NCBI GenBank assembly: GCA_029838195.1
Contig: JALGVJ010000001.1
Location: 64,001 to 128,000 of the forward strand
From: Promethearchaeota archaeon
GTDB lineage: Archaea > Asgardarchaeota > Lokiarchaeia > Sigyniarchaeales > SOKP01
Direction: 5' to 3'
DNA: 64,000 nucleotides
Part shown: one piece after another, positions 21,314-30,673 of the stretch
How the letters are laid out: each line of letters opens with the position of its first letter
Position numbering within the stretch: position 1 is the first letter of the stretch
Program-made: the position numbers and the translations under genes
The notes under the pieces: generated by a model
Told to the model about the DNA's origin: nothing
Database searches by the model: none
The model's input: only the letters and a program-made list of their open reading frames with translations

Positions 21314-22546
21314 TTAAAAAGAAAACATGATATTTATTTTCACCTCTTCATTCATGACATTGCTAATCGCTTGTTGCAAGGTTTCCCGTTCTTTTTTTAA
21401 AGAACTTAGATATCTCAAGTAATCTTTATTTTTTTTGTCTAAATCATTCTCAAGATGCTCTAACTTCACCGCATTCAGAGATATTTCATTTTTTAACTCT
21501 TTAATTTTTTTATCCAAACCTTGTTCTTGAATTTTTTTCTTGAGTTGTTTTATTCTCTCTTCTATTTGTTTGTATTGCTCTAGATCTTCTAAAAGATATT
21601 TTTCTTCAAAAATTTGGTTAATTTGTTCAATGGTTTTTTCCTTTTTATCTTTTTTAAGATTCAATTTATTTTCTTCCAGAGCATGTCTTAAATTAACCAA
21701 TAATGCTCTAAATTTGGGTAAATCTCTTGATTCTTTAGTTAACGTATTGATGGGGTTCTTTAAAAAATTTTGGATGTAATTTAAATTAATATTGGGTACG
21801 TGGAAAGATTCTCTTTCTAATTCCACTTTCATTTTCTTTAAAGCTTTTTTGAATGCTAAATAATCGTCAATCTTTATCTTCAGCGTGAATTTTTTCTCTT
21901 GTTCTTTTTCTAATTCTCTAAATAACCGATTTTTTTCGAGTTCTACCAATTTTGAATTTAAACTGTTAGCTTTTTTTTCCAAAACTACTTTTTCTTTCTC
22001 AAAAGTTTCTATATCTCTTTTAACATTTTCAATATTTTCTTTTAAAGTAAATAATTTCGGGAATTTTTTCATGAGATCTTCAGCTTCTCTTATTTCTGAA
22101 TATCGTTTTCTTATGAATTTATCAAGAAATTGTTGTTTTTTACCCAATTTTCGCGTGATATAATTTAATTCCTTGATTTCGGGTTGAACTTCCTTTTTAA
22201 ACTTGGGAAGAGATTTACGAGCAATTTCATTAATGGTTGTAAATAATTTTTTAATGGAATTTAATAGATCTTGAAGATTGTCATATGTTATGTTTTTTTC
22301 GGGTATTTTAATATCATCAGTTTCTTTTCTGATCCGTTCCGTGAAAAGTTTCAAGGAACGCATGGTTTTATCGTCAATTCGTTCTTTACCTGCTTCAACA
22401 AAATGATTCATGCTTAATTTAATGCTCACGAGATCTTTATTTATATCGTCCAATAATTTCTGGATGATTTTCTTTTCCTTTGAGAAGATTTCTTCTAATT
22501 GATCTTTATAAAAAGTTTCAAGTTCTTCTAAATTAACTTCAATCAT
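21314..22546 (-). CDS. Long coiled-coil protein, function unknown
   Basis: K/E/L-rich heptads; start moved to ATG 22546 to avoid overlap with serS. Confidence 0.7.
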   Translation of the reverse strand: MIEVNLEELETFYKDQLEEIFSKEKKIIQKLLDDINKDLVSIKLSMNHFVEAGKERIDDKTMRSLKLFTERIRKETDDIKIPEKNITYDNLQDLLNSIKKLFTTINEIARKSLPKFKKEVQPEIKELNYITRKLGKKQQFLDKFIRKRYSEIREAEDLMKKFPKLFTLKENIENVKRDIETFEKEKVVLEKKANSLNSKLVELEKNRLFRELEKEQEKKFTLKIKIDDYLAFKKALKKMKVELERESFHVPNINLNYIQNFLKNPINTLTKESRDLPKFRALLVNLRHALEENKLNLKKDKKEKTIEQINQIFEEKYLLEDLEQYKQIEERIKQLKKKIQEQGLDKKIKELKNEISLNAVKLEHLENDLDKKNKDYLRYLSSLKKERETLQQAISNVMNEEVKINIMFSF

Positions 22547-22562
22547 TATTTTTATTATTAAA

Positions 22563-23849
22563 TTATTGTTTATTAATAGTTTTCTTTCCTCCCATGTATT
22601 TTTGCAAGACTTTTGGAATGGAGATAGAGCCATCTTCATTTTGATAATTCTCTAAAATGCAACAGATGGTTCTTTCAGTTGCTATTGCCGTAGAATTTAA
22701 TGTATGCACTATCTGTTTTTGCTCCGCACCTCCTACTTTTCCCATCCTAATTTTTAATTTTCGTGCTTGGTAATCCAAGCAATTACTACATGATACTAAT
22801 TCTCTATATGTTTTTGAGGCCGGAAACCATGCTTCTAAATCATATTTCTTAGCAGCATTATCATTTAATTCTCCAGAAGCTATATTTACAATTCGATATG
22901 GGATTTCTAATCCTTGATAAAGTTCTTCCGCATTTCTAATCAATTCTTCATGAAATTGCCAAGAATCTTCCGGTTTACAAAAGATAAATTGTTCTACCTT
23001 TTCAAATTGGTGTATTCTAAAAATTCCTAATGTATCTTTTCCGTGAGAACCAGCTTCTCTTCGGAAGCAGGAAGATATGCCAGCATATTTTAACGGAAGT
23101 CTTTCCGGATCGATTATTTCATCATAATGATACGCAGCGAGCGTTTGTTCAGAGGTCGCAATCATGAAAAGATCCTCATCCTGAACCTTATATAATTGCT
23201 CTTCAAAATCAGCAAGTTCTGCAGCAGCTTTTATGACCTCATGTTTTATGAAAAAGGGAGTCCACATGGGAAAATAGTTTTTTTTCATGAGATGATCTAA
23301 AGCGTAGCGCATGAGAGCTAAATTCAACAATACTAAATCTCCTTTTAAATAATAAAAACGCGATCCTACCACCTCAGAAGCTTTTTTTGTATCAGCTCCA
23401 TTGATTAATTCAATCAAATTCACGTGTGATTCGGGGTCAAAATTAAATTCTGGCAATTTACCTACTTCCCGGATGATCTCATTCCCTTCTTCTGTCTCAG
23501 CTATAGGAACTGATTCGTGAACTATATTTCCCACCATGTACCGAAACTCTTCCCTCTTTTCGAGGTATTCTTTTTGCTTATTCTCTACTCTTTCAATTTG
23601 CGTTTTAATTTGCTTCGATTTCTTAATCGCTTCATTTGCTTCTTTAGTTTTTTTTTCCTTTTTATATTTTCCTATTAAAGTAGAAATTTCATTGCGTTTT
23701 TGACGTAAATCTTGTAATTCTGCTAATGCCGACCTCCATTTCTTGTCATATTCTAATACTTTATCCGCGATTGAAGGGTCCTTAAATCGTTTTCTTTCTG
23801 ATTCTTTAATTACTTCCAAATTTTTCCTAAAAATTTCAATATCAAGCAC
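22563..23849 (-). CDS. serS: Seryl-tRNA synthetase (standard type)
   Basis: N-terminal coiled arm, TSE, FRREAGSHG, ELVSCSNC, HTLNSTA. Confidence 0.97.
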   Translation of the reverse strand: MLDIEIFRKNLEVIKESERKRFKDPSIADKVLEYDKKWRSALAELQDLRQKRNEISTLIGKYKKEKKTKEANEAIKKSKQIKTQIERVENKQKEYLEKREEFRYMVGNIVHESVPIAETEEGNEIIREVGKLPEFNFDPESHVNLIELINGADTKKASEVVGSRFYYLKGDLVLLNLALMRYALDHLMKKNYFPMWTPFFIKHEVIKAAAELADFEEQLYKVQDEDLFMIATSEQTLAAYHYDEIIDPERLPLKYAGISSCFRREAGSHGKDTLGIFRIHQFEKVEQFIFCKPEDSWQFHEELIRNAEELYQGLEIPYRIVNIASGELNDNAAKKYDLEAWFPASKTYRELVSCSNCLDYQARKLKIRMGKVGGAEQKQIVHTLNSTAIATERTICCILENYQNEDGSISIPKVLQKYMGGKKTINKQ

Positions 23850-23954
23850 GTTAAATCTCTCTTATTTTATTTTTATTCATTAAAAATCTTCTCAAAAACT
23901 CAATTTTTTTTAATTTTTATGTCAAGACTGAGATCAATTTTGAGGATCTTTTTC

Positions 23955-24410
23955 CTAATGAAGGCGTGAAGATAAACTTGAACGTAATAATCCGGTTTTT
24001 ATTTTCTTTTTATCCCATCCCACGTGATCAATGATTTTCATTATTTTAATACGATTGGATTTTCCCTTTAACCCCAATTCGTCCATGACTTCCCCAGCAA
24101 GTTGTTCTTTAGCTTTGTAGTTTAAAAAGGCCTTTTTAATTCTCTCTTTATCAGAACCCCATTGATCAATAAAAGTCATTAAAATATTTGGTATTAGTCT
24201 TTCTTTAATGTTTAATTCTTGAAGTATATCTCTCGCTAACGTTTCCTTACCCTTTAAAATTAAATATTGTTCTTTTACTTTTTCTGGATCAAGTCCAACT
24301 GAAGAAATGATTCTTTTAACTTGATTCAAAATTAATTTTCCTTCCAAACCTTCATTATTCATGAAATCTATCGCAAATTTCTCAATTTGCTCTTTATCAT
24401 CTCCCGACAT
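23955..24410 (-). CDS. Hypothetical protein made of three ~46-aa helical repeats
   Basis: Repeated E.LA..M.E.GL.GK....I..VG.D.EK(I/V)K units. Confidence 0.7.
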   Translation of the reverse strand: MSGDDKEQIEKFAIDFMNNEGLEGKLILNQVKRIISSVGLDPEKVKEQYLILKGKETLARDILQELNIKERLIPNILMTFIDQWGSDKERIKKAFLNYKAKEQLAGEVMDELGLKGKSNRIKIMKIIDHVGWDKKKIKTGLLRSSLSSRLH

Positions 24411-24898
24411 GGTAATCTCATTATTCTAAAATTAAAGATGTAAGAAAAATTTTAAAGATTCCATTTAACAAAAAAAAATAACTCGCTCTCAGTATTCATT
24501 CAAGTAAAAGTAAATTTATATATTACTTACCGATATTTTTTTATGTAATATTTGACCCGCATGAAAACGTTCTTTTCATTGGTTAAATCATGTTTCCAAT
24601 ACTTCCTGCCTTAACACTTATCATTAATTTTGAACGAAATTAATTTAAATTTCTAATTTTGTCTTGGCTTGTTGAATTCCAACTTGATATTTTTCTCTGC
24701 TCTTTCTTTCCTGATGGATTATTCTTTTTTAACAGGCGATGCAAATTTTAGATCATTCATTGAAGAAAATGAACACTATGTTTTCATAATAACAAAATAT
24801 TTTTTGCCTAATTAATTCAAACTATTAAAGAAATGTTAATCTCTCAATTACAATCATTAAACCAGAATTAATTGGTGGTCCAAAAAAGGGGAATGTAA

Positions 24899-26908
24899 AT
24901 GTCTGGTTCACAGACCAAGGATTCTAATGAAATCCGTATCGGAGTTTATGTTTGTGAATGAGGAGTCAACATTGGACTTTTTGTTGATTGCGCAGCACTT
25001 AAAGAATTTGCTGAAATCCAACCAAATGTCGTGGTGGCAAGGATGAATAAATTTACCTGCAGTGATCCAGGACAAAATCTCATAAAAAATGATATCTTGC
25101 AATTAGATTTAAATAGAATCGTTGTAGCCGCTTGTACTCCTAAAATTCATGAGCCAACTTATCGAGCCGTATTAATTGAAGCCGGTCTAAGCCCTTATTA
25201 TTTTCAAATGGTGAATATTCGCGAACACTGCTCTTTCGTGCATCAAGAGGATAGAGCCGCAGCTACTGAAAAAGCTAAACGACTATTACTTGCCGGCATT
25301 AACCGAGCAAGAGAATTAGAAAGCCTTCCGCGCAAAGAAATTCCCATAACCAAAACCGTTTTAATCGTTGGTGCAGGAATAGCGGGAATGAACGCCGCCT
25401 TAGACTTGGCGAATCAAGGAATTGAAGTCTATTTGGTTGAAAAAGAAGCGACAATTGGCGGCAAAATGGCACAACTTGACCGGATCTTTCCAACCGATGA
25501 TTGTGGAATTTGAGTATTGGCTCCAATCATGGTAAATGCTTCGAAGCATCCTAACATTAATCTCTTTACCTATAGTGAAATCATTGGATTTTCTGGAGTC
25601 ACGGGAGAATATAATGTTAAAATCAGGAAAAATCCAAGATATGTGGATGAATCCAAGTGCACGGGATGCGGATTATGCACCACGAAATGTCCCATAAAAG
25701 TTCCTGATGAATTTAATAGGGGTATTGGAGAGCGGGGCGCTATCTACATTCCGTTTCCTCAAGCCGTTCCAAAACTCGCAGTAATTGATAAAGAGGCTTG
25801 TATAAATTGCCGTAGTTGCGAGAGGGAATGTCCTGCTGAAGCCGTTGATTTTAACCAAGAGGAGCAAATCATTGATGTAAAAGTGGGAGCTATAATAATT
25901 GCGACGGGCTGGGATGAATATCCGATAATAGAGAGTAATGAGTATAATTATGGGATTTATCCGGATGTAATCACTCAGATCGAATTGGAGCGCATGCTAA
26001 GTCCCATTGGTCCTACGAGCGGACATGTATATCGAATCTCTGATGGAACGATTCCGAAAAAAGTAGCGATGATTCAATGTGTTGGGTCTCGTTCCCTGAA
26101 AGCAAACTCTTATTGCAGTGCGGTGTGTTGTAATGTATCGCTGAAAAATGCTCAATTATTAAAACAAGAATATCCGGACATGGAGATCACGATTTTTTAC
26201 ATTGATATTCGAACGTGGGATAAAAATAATGAAGAATATTATCGAAACGTGCGAGGACAAGACATAAAATTCATAAAAGGAAAGCCAGGGGATATAAAAT
26301 TAAATGAAGATGGCACCATGCGATTATACTTTGATCTTTCCTTGGAAAACAAGGTCACATGGAAGGACTTTGATTTAGTGGTATTATCCACGGGAATGAT
26401 CCCTTCGAAAGGTACCAAGGAGATCATTGACATCTTGGGCTTGAGTAAGGGACCAAATGAATTTTTATCCGAAGTACACGGATGCTTAAAGCCCGTAGAA
26501 ACAAAAGATGCAGGAATTTACATTTGTGGGTGCGCGACAGGCCCTAAAAACATTCCATACTCCGTTTCTTCCGCTCTTGCTGCTTCGAGTAAGGCTGCCA
26601 CGTTGTTGTCGAATGACACCTTGAGTCAAGAATTACTCATAGCTGAAGTAGATGAAAATCTCTGCATGGGTTGTCATAGATGTGAAAAAACGTGTGAATT
26701 CGATGCAATTCATGTAAATGAAGAAGAAATTGCTGTAGTAAACGAGCTGAAATGTAGGGGCTGTGGTGCATGCGTTACAAACTGTCCAGCAAGAGCCATT
26801 GAGTTGAAATATTATAGAGATAGCCAATTTGAAGCTGAAATTCAAGGGATTACCTTATTAGGAATGAACTCTCGTAAAGAAAAGGAAAAAGAAAGTATAA
26901 AAAATTAA
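24899..26908 (+). CDS. hdrA: Heterodisulfide reductase subunit A, selenoprotein with 2 Sec (669 aa)
   Basis: ATG 24899 in frame with track ORFs 25031 and 25517; TGA 24959-24961 in RIGVYVCE-U-GVNI and TGA 25511-25513 in TDDCGI-U-VLAP, both conserved Cys positions; GAGIAG FAD motif, CVGSR, ferredoxin motifs. Confidence 0.93.
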
Positions 26909-26926
26909 ACAAGAAAGATGAGGATA

Positions 26927-27379
26927 ATGAGTGAAAAAATACAAGAAACAAGAACGATTGTAGCGTTCGGGTGTGAAAAATGAGGATATGCCGCCGCTGA
27001 TTTAACAGGAACGACCAGGCGATCTTATTCTCCTAATTTTCACTTGATTCGGGTGAGATGTACCGGACGAGTGGGCGTTCACTTAATAATGCAAGCCTTC
27101 TTGAACGGCGCTGATGGCGTAGCCATTATTTCTTGTCATGAAGGAGAATGTAATTTTGGTCATGCTAACATGAATACATATGCTCACGTTCAAACTTTAA
27201 AGAAAATCTTTCAACAACAAGGGATTCATCCCGATAGAATCCAACAATACTTTTGTGCTGCGGCAGAAGTCGAGAATTTCGTTGCGGCCGTAGAAGACAT
27301 CACGTCACGAGTCTTCGCGTTGCCTCCTCTACCGAAAAAAGGAAATATTAAACCGAATGAGAATGCTCCTCTCAAGTAA
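26927..27379 (+). CDS. mvhD: MvhD/VhuD [2Fe-2S] subunit, selenoprotein with 1 Sec
   Basis: MSEK..IVAFGCEK-U-GYAAADL (TGA 26981-26983), IRVRCTGRV, GADGV, CHEGEC; alternative ATG at 26918. Confidence 0.92.
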
Positions 27380-27425
27380 AACGTAGGTTGAGGGGAAATC
27401 TAACCCGTGGCATGGGTATTCGGTT
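27351..27425 (+). promoter_or_regulatory. Structured RNA element spanning the mvhD stop (SECIS or regulatory candidate)
   Basis: AACCGAAT/ATTCGGTT outer stem, CCTCTCAA/TTGAGGGG hairpin, ACCCGT/ATGGGT hairpin. Confidence 0.5.
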
Positions 27426-27483
27426 AAACTGAAGTTTTAAGTAATAAAAAATTGTAATTTATTATCACGAGTAAAGACTAAAA

Positions 27484-28995
27484 ATGACTCAAGAAAAAGA
27501 ACTAACGTGGGACTCCTTGAGAAATTTAGCTGATGCCCTAGATTCATATAGAGTACGGGCGTTCATTGATGCTAAAAGGGACATTTTGAGTATGGGAGTC
27601 TACTCCGAGGAGCAATATTACTCCATTTTATTTAAGATGATTGAAGAAGAGAAATTGAAATATGGCTTGTTTGAGGAGATCAAGGAAGGAAACATTTCTC
27701 GATACCATCATTTAAAATCCTTCGCAAGGCGAGTTTCAATCCCTCCTAAAAAAGCGTATAGCTTACTTAAATTACTCCAAGTAGAAAATTTAATACACGT
27801 TGACCCCATCTTGGAAGAAAAAATTGATGTAACTGAAGAACAAGACAAGAATGCATTTTTTACTCCTAAAATTCAAGATCTTAAGATAAAAGTGCTCAAT
27901 AAGGATTTTCTAAAAGTAAAATCAATTTATGAGCCTGTTCGGGTCATTTTTGAGTCTAAAATCTGTTCAGGATGCGCCATGTGCACGAGCACGTGTCCCA
28001 TGAATTGCCTTGACATGTTTAATGGATTTGGTAAATTTGAGGAATCTTCTTGTATTCGCTGCGGATTGTGTTATCTCGTTTGTCCTCGTTCCTTTCTCCC
28101 AATAGATGTAATGCACATGACAGTGGAGGAATCTGATGTGGTTAATAATTATTCAGTAATAGGAACGTACCTGGAGATTCATTCGGCTCGCACTAAAATT
28201 AAGAAGATTGCTACTAATTGTCAAGATGGAGGGATTTCCAGCACCATTCTCTATTATCTTTTTGAAAAAGGTATGATTAATCGTGCGGTTGGCGCAACAA
28301 TGAGTACTACGCCATGGAGGCCAGAACCCATGATTTTACACCAGAAGGAGGAGGTTTTTTTAACTCTAGGGACTAAATACGTGAATAATCCATCGCTTAA
28401 AATGCTAAAACAATTCAACGGCACTAAGGACCCCGTAGCCGTTGTTGGCGTTCCTTGCATGATGCAAGCTCTATTAAAAGCTCAAATTTATGATGTTAAT
28501 CTTCCATTTATCAACAATATAAAATATCGAATTGGTATTTTTTGCATGGAATCCTTTTCTTATCAATCTCTCTTAGAGATTTGTAATAAACTTGACGTGG
28601 ATATCAAACAAGTTAGCAAGATGGATATCAACAAGGGCAAGTTCTTCCTGTACACGAAAGACGGACAAAATAAGAGTATTCCAATGAAAGAAATCTCCCA
28701 CCTCGCTCGTGAAGATTGCGAGGTCTGCCCTGACCTCACGTCAGAAGCCGCTGATATTTCAGTAGGATCTATTGGCTCCGCCCCCGGATTCAACACGGTG
28801 ATCATCAGAACCCAAAAAGGAAAGAATCTCTACGAGAAATTAATCGAAAATGATTTTATAGAATCCCACGAATTGGAAAATGATTCCCCTAACCTCTCCT
28901 TACTGTTTAAAATCGCCAATTCTAAAAAAAATAAGTGTAAAAAACACTTGAAGGAGAAAAAAAATAATAACTTGCGACATCCCCTATATTACTAG
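27484..28995 (+). CDS. FrhB/FdhB-family F420-binding subunit with extra ferredoxin domain and N-terminal helical extension
   Basis: CSGCAMC..CP, CIRCGLC..CP, QDGG, GTKY, VGVPC, GIFCME, ADISVG. Confidence 0.9.
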   Translation: MTQEKELTWDSLRNLADALDSYRVRAFIDAKRDILSMGVYSEEQYYSILFKMIEEEKLKYGLFEEIKEGNISRYHHLKSFARRVSIPPKKAYSLLKLLQVENLIHVDPILEEKIDVTEEQDKNAFFTPKIQDLKIKVLNKDFLKVKSIYEPVRVIFESKICSGCAMCTSTCPMNCLDMFNGFGKFEESSCIRCGLCYLVCPRSFLPIDVMHMTVEESDVVNNYSVIGTYLEIHSARTKIKKIATNCQDGGISSTILYYLFEKGMINRAVGATMSTTPWRPEPMILHQKEEVFLTLGTKYVNNPSLKMLKQFNGTKDPVAVVGVPCMMQALLKAQIYDVNLPFINNIKYRIGIFCMESFSYQSLLEICNKLDVDIKQVSKMDINKGKFFLYTKDGQNKSIPMKEISHLAREDCEVCPDLTSEAADISVGSIGSAPGFNTVIIRTQKGKNLYEKLIENDFIESHELENDSPNLSLLFKIANSKKNKCKKHLKEKKNNNLRHPLYY

Positions 28996-29016
28996 CCTTG
29001 AAAACCTATTTCCTTA

Positions 29017-29056
29017 CATGATTCCGGATTAAATCTCTTGATCACTGGTTGACATG
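29017..29056 (+). promoter_or_regulatory. Eukaryote/Loki-type SECIS candidate in operon 3' UTR
   Basis: AUGA (29018-21), stem CCG-GAUU, AAA loop, GAUC-AC-UGG, GA (29051-52); 22 nt after the last stop of the operon. Confidence 0.5.
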
Positions 29057-29223
29057 CTCCACCATTTTCTCTCATTGAACTAACCAGCTACAAAAAAGAA
29101 TTCTCACCCTCCTTACCTCTAAACGAAAAGCATTGCAAAATTTTAAAATCATGATTTTTAACTAATGTATTTTTTTTAAAGTTAATTTAGTTCCTAAAAA
29201 ATTAATAAAATTGAATAATAATT

Positions 29224-30594
29224 ATGAATGAACAAGGATTTAGTAAATGGCAAAAATGGAGCTTCGGAATGGGGTCCTTCGCTCAATGGTTCGTAATGAG
29301 CGCTTTTAATACGTGGGTCTTCACGTTTTACTTTTCCGCTGTTAAATTGAATGTGAATCTCATAATGCTTGCTTATATTACCTGGACGATCTGGAATGCT
29401 ATTAATGACCCTTTACTGGGATATATCTCGGATAGGACTCGAACGCGATGGGGGAGAAGGAAACCTTTCATAATTCTAGGAACCATCCCTGTTTTAATAA
29501 TTGAGATAATCTTATGGATTCCTCCTACGGGTAACCCAATATATACTTTTATTTATTTACTCATCATGCTAATCTGCTACGATACATTTTATACCATGAT
29601 CACTTTTTTCGATGCATTATTTCCTGAATTGTATGTTTCCGTAGAGGAGCGAGCAGAAGTAAACACCATCAAGCAAATTCTAGCCACGGTTGGCTTGCTC
29701 TTTGCATATTTAATTCCGGGTATTTTCATAGGAGATCTTACTGTAAAAGAGGGTTATTTAATAAATGGACTTGTTACGTCCATTATCGTGGGCATTTCCT
29801 TATTTATAGCGATTTATTGGGGCGTGAGAGAAAAGGAGGAATTTAAATTTGACCATCAGCATGAATTCAATTTTTTCGAGGGTTTAAAATATGCTTTCAA
29901 GAATAGAGGTTTTGTACTTTACACCATCATGTTTTTTCTCTATGAATACATTCTCCTGGTATTAGGTACGACAGTTCCGCTCTATGCGACCCATGTTCTT
30001 CACGTGAGCAATACGTTTCAGATTTCCCTACTCCTTGGCGTCATGTTCGTAGTGGGTGTTTTAACCGTGCCTATTTGGAGAAAGCTGGATGTAAAAATGG
30101 GTAGTAAAAGAGCATATGGTGTTTCCCTCGTGGCATATCTCCTCACTACCGTCCCTCTCTTGGTTGTTGCAGATTTTCAATCGGCCATTATTACCGTCGT
30201 GTTCATGGGGTTCGGTTTCGGTGGAATGCTTTATTTTATTTATTTAATCATTGCGGATGTCATTGATGAGGATGAATTGCGTACGGGTGTTAGAAGAGAA
30301 GGTACGTTTTTCGGGGTAACGAATTTTTTCATGCGATTAGCCATGATATTATCCATCATAACGGTCGGCATGGTTTTTAACACCACGGGTTGGGAAGAAT
30401 ATGTTCCCAATCCCAATGTCAATGTCATTCTTGGATTAAAACTCTTGGTATTCTTGTTTCCAGCGCTTGCAATTGTTGTTACAATGATTTGTTTATATTT
30501 TTACCCTTTTCCTAAGGAAAAAGTTGAACAAATGAAAAAACAACTCGAAGAATTACATGCTAAGAAAAGAGAAAGAATCCTTTCGAATCAATAA
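29224..30594 (+). CDS. MFS transporter, GPH/MelB-like family
   Basis: NAINDPLLGYISDRTRTRWGRRKPF, IADVIDEDE..TGVRREG. Confidence 0.92.
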   Translation: MNEQGFSKWQKWSFGMGSFAQWFVMSAFNTWVFTFYFSAVKLNVNLIMLAYITWTIWNAINDPLLGYISDRTRTRWGRRKPFIILGTIPVLIIEIILWIPPTGNPIYTFIYLLIMLICYDTFYTMITFFDALFPELYVSVEERAEVNTIKQILATVGLLFAYLIPGIFIGDLTVKEGYLINGLVTSIIVGISLFIAIYWGVREKEEFKFDHQHEFNFFEGLKYAFKNRGFVLYTIMFFLYEYILLVLGTTVPLYATHVLHVSNTFQISLLLGVMFVVGVLTVPIWRKLDVKMGSKRAYGVSLVAYLLTTVPLLVVADFQSAIITVVFMGFGFGGMLYFIYLIIADVIDEDELRTGVRREGTFFGVTNFFMRLAMILSIITVGMVFNTTGWEEYVPNPNVNVILGLKLLVFLFPALAIVVTMICLYFYPFPKEKVEQMKKQLEELHAKKRERILSNQ

Positions 30595-30673
30595 ATAATT
30601 TTAATTTCTCCGTTTTTATTTATTCCCTTACATGAACCCCCGTTTTTTTCCAGAGGTTAATAAAAGAAAAAAA

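Noticed and set aside
24899-27379. hdrA and mvhD as nonsense-mutated pseudogenes
   Set aside because: All three stops are TGA exactly at conserved Cys sites with no frameshifts; Sec is far more parsimonious
27484-27523. SECIS at the start of the FrhB-like gene (AUGA-CUCAAG..CUUGAG)
   Set aside because: No correctly placed 3' GA, large unpaired loop, and it lies inside a CDS
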